20,000 nucleotides of DNA, taken from assembly GCA_051453625.1 (NCBI GenBank), contig JBOZIK010000001.1, forward strand, positions 26,486,180 to 26,506,179, given 5' to 3'. Of the stretch, positions 10,995 through 20,000 are shown in pieces (positions within the stretch are counted from its first letter, which is position 1; each line of letters starts with the position of its first letter). The translations under genes and the position numbers were made by a program. Source of the DNA: Welwitschia mirabilis. Its lineage: Eukaryota. The notes below the pieces were generated by a model that was not told the DNA's origin, ran no database searches, and saw only the letters and a list, made by a program, of their open reading frames with translations.

Positions 10995-12830
10995 TTATTC
11001 CTTGAGTACCTATTAGCAATATTCTAAGTGTGCTTCTTTTTTATCCTAAGATTTGATTTTGCTTTTGATAAGTAAACTTTCCTTAATCTATCCTGCACAA
11101 GATAATGTACCAATTTACCATGTCTTTTGGCATTATTAGTGTAATACCTATATTTAACTTTTATTAAACATCTATACTAATACTAACCTTTATAATTATA
11201 ATAATAGCAAATGATGTTATTTATATATGCCAATGCTCATAACTTAGCATATAATTCCATTTTTCAAATAGAGGAACTAAAGTGGTAGTTATAGATTTAT
11301 TGTGTCCCAAGACACTATTGTCATTTGAATTTATTCTTTGGCCAAAATGATATTTGAGGTTTTTTTTTTTTTGAAATTTTTCAATGATTTTATTTGAATC
11401 TAAAAGTTCCTATCTTACATTCTTCAAAACACACATTAGTCTACCTACCTTAGCTTTAAGAGTTGCATTTTTAATGGATAATTTATTATAAGAATTCTTT
11501 TCTTATTCATATGCCTTTTCATGAGTACTAGGTAGATTTTTCATCTTTGTATATTATTTTTTAGATTAATGAACTCTTCAAAAATTAATTCATTTTTTGG
11601 TTTGAATACTCATACTTGTGTCACCTTCAGTATTTGGATTGTATTCCTCTTTTGAATTATTACGTTCATCTTAAGTGTGTGCTATAGCCATATAGGAAGG
11701 ATGTATTTTCTCATTATCTGATGATTCTTCTTCTATAGCCTTATCATCAACATCTAATCTAATAAAGAATGATTTCTTCATTTTAAGCTTTTTTTTTTTA
11801 ATTCATCGTCTTCTAATCTATTAGTAATAGGACATTCAAAGGTAATATGTACTCTTCCTCCACATACCCAACATTCTATTTTTGAAATATCAGGAAAAAA
11901 GAAATCATTTGAAGAATTATTGTTTGACTTACCTTGGCTAGAAAACTAGGTAATTTCTTGGAGTCTTTCATCTTATTGTATTTTTATACTAGAAGTCTCT
12001 TAAATTTTTTCATAATTAAGGCAATTTTTTCATTTTCATTATCAGAGTCATATTCTTCCTATTCCTCTTTTACCTTTTCTTTTGATCTTTGATTTGTGCT
12101 TTATCTTGCATTGAGTAAAATGTATTTTTATTTTAAAGCTCCATCTTGAATGAGATTCATTTCATATGCAGTACAAGCACTCTATAGCTTTTTTATCTTC
12201 ATTGTAATAAAATCTCTAGATTCTTTCATAACCATGGTCTTTGGTATATAATTAGGGGTTAGTAATATGATAACCTTTTGGATTACTTTTACTTCATTAA
12301 TATCTTCTCTAATGCCACATATTGCATTCACAATTTTTTGAAACTATCAAAGTACTCATGAACCCTTTCTCCATGGTTGATTTTGAGTTTCTTGAATAAT
12401 TCATCCAAACTAGAATCTTATATTATTTCATAACTAACCTACCTTTGTACGTTCCAACTAGAACATTCTAAATTTCTTGAGTTGTCTTGCAACCTACTAT
12501 TCTATTGAAATATTCTATAGATAAACCAAAATAAAGTGCATTCTTAGCTTTAGAGTCATAAATAAAGGCATCTTTTTCTTCATCTATCTAGTTTTTTTTT
12601 TTTTTTTTCTCACTCTTTATCTAAGTAATTGTATTACTTGTAGCATTTGTAACATTATCGATAAGATCTAAGTATTCTCCTTTTATGCTCTACCATACCT
12701 GAATCTCAAAAAACTATAAGTACACCTACATCCTCATTTTCTAATTGGTATAGTTTGTCGCATCAAAATGTGGAGGTTTAATAAATGGAACTCCTTCCAT
12801 TGTCCACTTAAGAAAGTTACTCCTTTTTAT
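10995..12830 (-). pseudogene. gag: Decayed full-length Sirevirus gag
   Basis: The N-terminus is collinear with 1-927. The zinc knuckle CWVCGGRVHITFEC (CX2CX4HX4C) is intact at 11832-11873. An acidic stretch and coiled coil follow, then a frameshifted ILGQRINSNDNSVLGH (cf. IL.xQ...DKxGLGY) at ~11300-11355, a decayed second knuckle near 11095-11140, and terminal (W)V(P)KE* (TAGGTACTCAAGGAATAA). Confidence 0.88.
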
Positions 12831-12838
12831 GAGCACTA

Positions 12839-12850
12839 GCTCTAATAGCA
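12839..12850 (-). promoter_or_regulatory. Primer-binding site (tRNA-iMet type), decayed
   Basis: The minus strand reads TGCTATTAGAGC (10/12 to TGGTATCAGAGC), between LTR-C and gag. Confidence 0.75.
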
Positions 12851-12852
12851 CT

Positions 12853-13584
12853 TAAGGATTAATTGAACTTCTAGAAGAGGGGTGAATGAGTTTGATTAAA
12901 TAAAAATTAAAGTAATAAAAAATAAAAATACATAATAATAATACACCTTACTAAGATAATGTGGTTTCTTAACCTAGGTACATCCACATATAGAGGATAG
13001 CTTTTTATCACATCTCTAGATATTCTTAACCTTGAATAAATAGTGGTTTTCTAATGCAACCCCAACCATATAATAAATAATATTTTTCTTATAAAAAAAC
13101 ACTCTCTTTCCCTCAAGGAAAAAATCAGTTTCATAGTTGCACCATTAATCATTACAATAGTGAGAGTCTACTCGAAAGGAAATACTCTCCCATTTATGAG
13201 GAAATAATGGTTTTTTATCTACTAATAACCTTACATTAAACAAGTACCTAAAAATACAATATCAAATATACACCCCTATAAGGGTTGTCTTACAAGGTAT
13301 ATGATATTTAATAAATGCACTTTAGAATAGTATTCAATAATAACATAGTCCATAATGTAAATAGAAAATACAACATAACAATAAGTCTAAAGGTATTTCT
13401 TTGATGATGAAGATTTAATAACCTTGATGTTGTTATTCTTATCATGAATATAAATCGAAAATGCAACAATCTGAGTTTAACTAATGAAAACAATGTTATG
13501 TCCTTGCTAATGAATGTTTTGATTTATTTATAAGAGGTTTCCTTAACTTATCCTTTTTATTATCTACATATTTATTTAATTCAA
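12853..13584 (-). mobile_element. LTR-C: U5 half of a 5' LTR, cut by an assembly gap
   Basis: It is homologous to the first ~700 bp (plus strand) of LTR-A, B and D. It has a well-preserved AGAAGAGGGGTGAATGAG terminal motif and an adjacent PBS. Confidence 0.88.
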
Positions 13585-13684
13585 NNNNNNNNNNNNNNNN
13601 NNNNNNNNNNNNNNNNNNNNNNNNNNNNNNNNNNNNNNNNNNNNNNNNNNNNNNNNNNNNNNNNNNNNNNNNNNNNNNNNNNNN

Positions 13685-13794
13685 TCTGATAGGTATAGTT
13701 TATTTCATTGAAGAGAAAAGGTCTAATATATGTTACTCCTTTCATGTTTAATCAAGGAAGTTACTCCTTTTCATGAGTACTTACTCTAGTACCA
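13685..13794 (-). pseudogene. gag: PBS (13783-13794) and first ~90 nt of a third gag copy (ATG at 13774)
   Basis: It aligns with 838-947 and 12740-12850 (shared CAAGGAAGTTACTCCTTTTCATGAGTAC). The PBS reads TGGTACTAGAGT. Confidence 0.8.
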
Positions 13795-13796
13795 CT

Positions 13797-15275
13797 TGAG
13801 AATCAATTGAACTCAAAGAAAAGAGATGAATGAGTTTCACCAAATAAAAATATTTAAACTAATAGTAGAATTATATGGAAATTCATAATTAAAAATACCT
13901 TACCAAATAATATGATTACCCAACTTGGATACATCATACATAAATAATAGCTTCTACTCACATCTCTTGATATTCTTAAACTATAAGAAATAGTGATTTT
14001 CTAATGTATCACCAACCTTATAATAAATAAGAGTCTGCTTATAAGGCATTGCTCTCTACCCCTTAAGGGAATAGTGGTTTTCATAGGCACATCATAAAAG
14101 TTTACAATAATGAAATTTTCCTCATAAGAAAATACTTTATCCCTTATAAGGAAATAATGGTTTTTTGTCTTACTAATAACTTTACATCAAATAAGTACCT
14201 AAAATTATAACATCAAAATCACACCCCTATAATGGTCCCCTTATAAAGTATTTGATATTCAAGAAATTGGACTTTACAATAATATTTAATAATAAGATAG
14301 TCCAAAATGAAAACTAAAATACAACATAATAATAAGCCTAAATATCTTGCTTTGATGAAGATTTTAGATCTTTAAAGTTTTTATTATTGTCACAAGTATA
14401 AATGAATAATGTAGTAATGTAGATCCAAGATTAGATAATGTAAGCAATGCAAGATTCTAGCTCATGAACTCTTTTGATTTCTTTGTAAAAATTTCCTTTA
14501 CTTATATTTGAAGATTTGTATATTTGTTTTATTCAATGAAGTGCCAAGGGTTATTTCTTAGATTTGTGACATTGAGACTTTATAAGATTGAGGAAGATCT
14601 AGCCATTTGAGATTGAAAAATAGCAATTTAATTCTATAACCACTATATAATGGATAATCAACATTTATGCTATGGGAACATAACTTTAATTTTAATTATA
14701 TGAACTTTGGTTCAAAACATTTTTAATGTTGTAGACATCTTCACTTCTAATGTCTTTACTTTTATAGATGTCTCTACTCAACTTACCCACATTTTGATGA
14801 ATTTTTCTCTGTAGGATTTTGATGAATTTTATCCTATAGTATCCTTGGACCTTCATGATCATGAATTTGTGATGTACAAGTTTATATCTCATCTAAAACA
14901 TAAGTTATTAGTTGAAAGCAAAATTCACTCTTTTACTTGTTTTAACTCAATATAGGCATCTTCAAATATGTGGATTTCTTCATCTATGTCAGGTTCAACT
15001 TTTAGTTTAGTTATCTTAAATATGATAGTTTTCTTTTAGCTTATGAATAAATTCTAGTACATGTGAAATCTCTTTAGATTTTCAAATGTCTTCATTGAGA
15101 TGTCCTCAATTTTTCTAGATGTTTTCAAATAATTGATGTGATATTGTAGCATTTAATCCTTTTCATGAGATGTTTCCTCAGAAGATCTATCATGATCTAG
15201 TATTTATCAAGGTCTGATATCCCTATAATGACATGTCTACATAATGTCATAAAATATTTAACAAGTGAAATCACA
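13797..15275 (-). mobile_element. LTR-D: outer 5' LTR of the Sirevirus insertion (~20 bp missing at its outer end)
   Basis: It shows full-length homology to LTR-B with shared diagnostic indels. It begins TGAGAATC next to the PBS on the plus strand. The outer end GTGAAATCACA lacks the TCAAAATTAGATTTTCC block seen in LTR-B. Confidence 0.9.
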
Positions 15276-16880
15276 ATATACCTTGTGATTTATAATTATA
15301 CTCTCCTATATGTAATGGTTAGGAATAAAACCTCATTGGTACATTTTTATAGTTTTTAATAGGAGAGATTGGATTCCCTAAATCAAAATCTACAAGATGA
15401 TTGCATAGAAGTAAGAACACAATCTAATAAGCCTATAATTAGAAAAAGGAAAAAATTTAATCTTTGTTAAGAATAAGAACTATCATAGTATTCTTCCAAT
15501 ATTTTAGAAAAGTTCCAAATTAAAAACATTTTTGGATTATGGCCATTATTTACTTACTTATAATGTGTCAAGAGTCTTTGAGGAATTTAAAATCCCATCC
15601 ATGTGAATAAAGAGACTTATCCATTGATGAAGTGTAAATCATCTTTCTAATATTCTTTTTTAAGATATCCTCTAAATCCTTTTATTATTAACATCTCTAA
15701 ACATTTTTAAAAGAAATATACTTGAATGATAGGATCCACTGGAGCTTATGTTGTAAAAATAACTTAAAAATATCTCTTTATCATATCTTTATTTTTATTT
15801 TCAAATTATAAACATTTAACTAATTATTTATTTAACCTCATTCAGTAGTTATGCATGAAAATATTTAAGATTTTAGTTATTCTCCTTAGTCTATTTATCT
15901 CTAACTCTTTATTTCTAATAGATATCTTATTCTCATATGGCTTGTTTGACTTTTTATTCTTCTACTATCATCTTCTTTATCATTTCCTTCCAATCTAGGA
16001 ATTTTCTTTTATTTATATACACTTATATAATCCTATTTATTTGATGTTGAGTATTTGAAAATTATGAATTCATTTTTCATCTTTCATGAGCCTAGTGAAA
16101 TTTCTCAAATTTGATTTAAGAGTTTTACTCCCTTTTTTCTCTATTGAGTAACTAAATCTACTTAAGATTCTTTTTCATTTCATCTTAATGGAGCTAGGTA
16201 TTTTTAAAAATAAAGGACTTTACTTAGAGCTACATTTGATCCATTCACAAATAATGCATCTATAATCTGACATAATTTAAGAAAATGCCCTCTCGGTGAA
16301 AACATCAACATTCCAAAACTTTTCCATGATAAAAATTCTATTCATAATGATCTTTTTCATGTTTTATTTAATCTTGTTCACTTCTACATTAAATAAACCA
16401 AATAAGTGGCAATCTATATCATCATTCCAACCACCTCAATCCCTTAAAATATTCTCTTCTCTATGATAGATGCATTGTAATTAGTCCTTTTGATAGGACT
16501 ATAGGTCATGTTTGAATTCCTATCCATAAGACATTCTCATTTCTCTCCAATATTGAAAATTTATTTTTAAATTCTTTGTTTATCTTATTTTAAGATTGGT
16601 TCACATACATAAATTAGTCTGATCTCTCTTTCCACAAACTTGTAAAGCATGCTTCTTTTTAATATATGTTTGAAAAGTTAAGTGGTTATTTCATAAAATT
16701 AACAAGCCACCACTCCTAATAATGAAACCTACTAAATCTCTCTTTTACCCTCAGTAATGTCTTAATTAAAAATATACGAGCTTTATTTCTTATGAAAGAA
16801 TCATTTCTACTTTATTTTTTTAAGCTGTAACCAAAATAAATTTCTATTTGTTAGGACCATCAAGCCTACATAGGTTTAGA
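15276..16880 (-). mobile_element. L1-type LINE ORF2, 5' part (APE endonuclease, linker, RT N-terminus), decayed
   Basis: The minus strand gives RSGGLLIL*N; NRIFI..MSDY (LDRF..SDH); SFIFKNT*LH (FRFENxWL); DIY*K*RVRDK*TKENN*NLKYFHA (EEIYWKQRSR..W.KEGD.NTKYFH); DKSLYSHG..F..S*HII; KNTMIVLIL; NYRLIRLCSYFYAII (DYRPISLCN..YKII); and Q*GFIPNHYI*ESIIINHKV. The right boundary is approximate. Confidence 0.9.
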
Positions 16881-16899
16881 TGAGGATTCTTATAAATAT

Positions 16900-17830
16900 T
16901 GATAATTTATCATAGTCTTCATTAGTGTGCCTTTAATCATTACACTTATCACCTTATCTTGTTTTATACTCACTTATATTATGCCATCTAAAATATCTTG
17001 TATATCATCTACTACATCTTGAGTTATACTACATGGTAGTCATTCTTGTATCTATGATCATTTTGATCCCTTGAATTAGGTACACTAGGGACCCTTCCTC
17101 TAGATATAATCCTGATTCTATTTTTAGTATTTTTGACCTTTCCTCCTACAAATCATTTTTATGAAGTTAGTTATTTTACTAGGAGTTGGATAGTTTTCTT
17201 ATGATACTCTCTACTTAGGTTGTGCTTGATAGTTTTTTTCTTTTTCTTAGACATCACTAGCTATCATACCTAGTTTTTTCCATACTTTTTATTGTTACCT
17301 GTTTTAAATTACACTTGCATGGGCTTACTTATCTTTTTTTGAAAATTATTTCTTACTCACTCAATTTCCTTGAATTGTAATTAGGAGTCTTCAACATGTT
17401 TCTACATATAGTATTTTGGATTTTTATCCTTCGTACTAGTTCCTTAGAAGTATTTTAATTTCCTATAAGATTACCATTGATAACTTTCTCTTTACTCTTC
17501 CTTGTGCTTCCACCCTTGAAAATTAACTTTTGCTTAGTACCTTGTAGTCTTTTTTCATCCTATAAATCATTCATCATCCTTTCCTAAGAAGGCATCCTTT
17601 ATTTTCTTCCAAATGAAGAAATTTTTCTTCTTCATACATATTTGACATAAGTTTAGGATGTTTTAATAAATCATATAATGTTGGAAGATCTTGTGAGGCC
17701 TTTGGATTAAAGGATCAATTCAATATCATTTACCATTCAAATATAGATTCTAACATTTACAATAAGGAATACCCTTGACATAATCTTATTAACCATTATG
17801 AATGTTTAAAAACATGTATCATGTGTTTTA
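16900..17830 (-). pseudogene. Possible LINE ORF1 remnant (DUF4283 / zinc-knuckle type)
   Basis: It lies directly upstream of the endonuclease and has a purine-rich minus strand. Only faint frameshifted motifs are visible (W..FNP, possible C-x2-C near 17395-17410). Confidence 0.4.
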
Positions 17831-17879
17831 AATACAACTTCTTTTGTTTAATTAATAATCTTTAATCTTTAAAAAATAA

Positions 17880-18163
17880 TGTAACACATACAAATACTAT
17901 AGTATATAGGTAAGTTAATCTAAAATTATAAAGCTAGAATAAAGTGAGTTAAAATATCTAATTCATGAAGAAGAGAGAAAGAGAGATAAGAGGAAGAAAA
18001 ATATATACATTTTTGAAAATTTTATTATTGAAACATAGAAATAAAATCAACAATGCAAGTGATAATGTAAAAATAAGAAGATGAAATTAAGAATTTAATG
18101 GGATGGAAATGCAATAACTTAAGTTCAATTTATTAACTATTTTTCTAAGTTTCTATTACCTAA
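17880..18163 (-). mobile_element. Possible short 3' LTR remnant of a Copia element
   Basis: On the minus strand it follows a decayed SL(R)G/PPT-like TGAGGGA, has a CT-rich tract and ends ..GTGTTACA. There is no second copy or TSD. Confidence 0.3.
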
Positions 18164-18164
18164 A

Positions 18165-18850
18165 TTATCCCTCATAAACTATAATATATCACTATGAATA
18201 TTACAAAATAATTGAACAAATACATTATGGAAAATAAGTCAAAAACAAAAGTTTGAAAAAAAAAATTTATTATTACTTCCATGAATAAGGTATTATTTCA
18301 TACTTTATAAGTAATATCACCTCAATAAAGTATGCATAGTTTAACACCAAGAAAACCCTTCTGACAAGTTGTATGGGATTTTATCATATGACACTCTAAT
18401 CATTATAAAGTATAAATTTTTTTAAAGATAAGAAATGGATTTCTTAAGGGAATAGTTACAATTTTGGATTATTAATTGGAATCACTAAGAGATAGGAACT
18501 GAAGATATGTAATTACATTAATAATATGATTAGTTTTTGCATCATTTATAGTGGTCATTCTCTTAGCCTTCATCTAAACAACTAGGTGGATAAAGTTTTC
18601 AAATATTAAGAACAATCTATCATGTCATCCCTTATGAAATATGGCTTTTATTAGTATTTAGTATAGAGCTTTATATAAATGACCTAAAGTGGAAGACTAT
18701 TAGAGAATAGGATGTGGGTTCTACTAAGAGTCATCCTAGATCTTTATCTAGATTACCTATGGAATGACTATATCTAAATAAAGAAATTCAATCTCTTTAT
18801 TTTCTTATTATTAGTCTTATTTTTATGTCATAAAATATCCTTCATTTATT
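18165..18850 (-). pseudogene. pol: Highly decayed Ty1/copia pol remnant (RT C-terminus and RNase H)
   Basis: Ordered minus-strand motifs across frameshifts: GYFMT*K (GxFLSQxKY); LVEPTSYSLIV (LxDPTxYRSLVG); *YLKT (RYLKGT); PIS** (PISWxSKKQ); L*EI..LYND*SVI**NPIQ (LYCDNQSAI..NPVQH); and terminal SL*G. Confidence 0.55.
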
Positions 18851-18959
18851 TATTTCATTTAGATGACCATCGCCTGAATGAATAACCTCAAATGCTCCAC
18901 CTTTACTACATCATCATTATTCAAATAACAAGGTAGTCAAGTTATTCACCTACTTAATC

Positions 18960-20000
18960 AAAAAAAGAAGAGAGGTGGACAAAGTAGTTAAATCATGTTT
19001 TTAATCATTACTATTGTGATGCCAATTTGTAGAAATTTTATCATGTATTTTGGAATTCTTTTGCAAGATTTTTATATAGGTTTTTGATGCAATACTAATT
19101 ACTATGAAGAACAAATAGGATGATTATTGAAACATGTGATTATTATCTTATTTGAAGGCTTCTCAGGCTTATTTTGATAGTTCATACTTTAGAAGAAGGA
19201 TGTACTATGTAGAAGATTTATTTTTGTTTGAAATTAAAGATGAAGAATCTTGTCATTTCCTCTTTCATCCCCATGATAGGTAGGACATTAGCACTACTAA
19301 TATGGATGAAGCCTGTAGAGTTGAATGTAGGACCTGAGGCTGATGAAGTATATTTTAATATGAAGTGATATCCCCATGGTCATCCCCACAATAATCAAGA
19401 TGATAGCTATTTTTATATGGATGAAAAGATTTATCTTTGTAATGAGGTCATGAACTCATTTGGGCTATTAGGATTTCTTATTCAACTTCCAGGGTTGCGC
19501 TTCTAGAACTTCACTATAAAACTATAAACACCCTCTCTTTTTATCACTTCTATTTCCATCTTTTGTACTTGATGTTCTTGTGACAGAAGATTAAAGAATA
19601 AGATATTCATCTAGTAGCTATAGAAAGAGGTTTCCTTGGTGTTAGGCTAAGTCTCTTCCATTGAGGTGCTGCTACTTCATTGTAAGTGGGTGGAAAAGTT
19701 CTATGATTAATTCAATTTCTCTTTTCACTAAAATTGTGTTTATGTCCCTTGTGTTTTAAGTTGATTATAGTTTAGGTTAATGTTAATTCTATCACTTTAT
19801 ATTTGCATTGCTATTTTATTTCAATTCCACATTTGCATTTCATATTCTATTTGGCATATCTCATAGTTCAAATTGATTAGGAACAAATGATAAACTCTTC
19901 TTAATTAATCTAAATTATAGAGAGTTAGTTCTTCTGATAGGAGAATTAGGATCCAATAAAATTCATCTCATTCACATTTCATCCATTGCACTTCATCTTA
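18960..20000 (+). mobile_element. Possible long LTR of another (Ty3/gypsy-like) element
   Basis: A purine run AAAAAAAGAAGAGAGG is followed by TG. A TATA-like CTATAAAACTATAAAC lies near 19514-19529, followed by a pyrimidine-rich tract. No coding motifs and no second copy are visible. Confidence 0.25.

Larger units (their letters stand above)
4815..15275 (-). mobile_element. Composite Sirevirus (SIRE) insertion into the LINE: LTR-D, PBS, gag start, gap, LTR-C, PBS, gag, linker, env-like ORF, PPTs, LTR-B
   Basis: It is bounded by two related LTRs and flanked on both sides by contiguous parts of one L1 RT. The candidate 5-bp TSD is AATCT (4810-4814) / AATAT (15275-15279). Confidence 0.85.

Noticed and set aside
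17880..18460. TGTAACAC...GTTACA as a Ty3/gypsy solo LTR
   Set aside because: The flanks (AATAA versus ATTTT) give no TSD, and the right half is better explained as minus-strand copia RNase H.
1..20000. Fungal origin with canonical RIP
   Set aside because: Sirevirus elements with an env-like ORF and this L1 type are plant lineages, and the inferred mutations are not limited to CpA. The species cannot be identified from the sequence alone.

Overview
This is very AT-rich, CpG-starved plant-type repetitive DNA from a draft scaffold with six N-gaps. I see no intact gene, RNA gene or CRISPR array, and all supplied ORFs are spurious or span gaps. The window is a nest of decayed retroelements, almost all on the minus strand. 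(1) At 1-2448 is the 5' end of a Sirevirus/SIRE-type Ty1/copia element (gag, tRNA-iMet PBS, ~1.5 kb LTR). (2) An L1-type LINE (possible ORF1, endonuclease, RT, zf-RVT) is split in two, ~17830-15276 and 4814-~3050. (3) The split is caused by a ~10.5 kb Sirevirus insertion (4815-15275) with three LTRs, two PBSs, a gag and an env-like ORF, but no detectable pol. (4) A very decayed Copia RT/RNase H remnant and probable LTR fragments lie at 17880-20000. The most notable points are the gag+env-like, pol-less layout, the three-LTR structure with a mismatched middle LTR, the in-frame reconstruction of the LINE across the insertion, an AGACGTCT palindrome array that survives only as deamination products, and C-to-T decay in all sequence contexts. 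Calls come from manual translation and recalled motif consensus, with no database search. I found no convincing novel host gene system.
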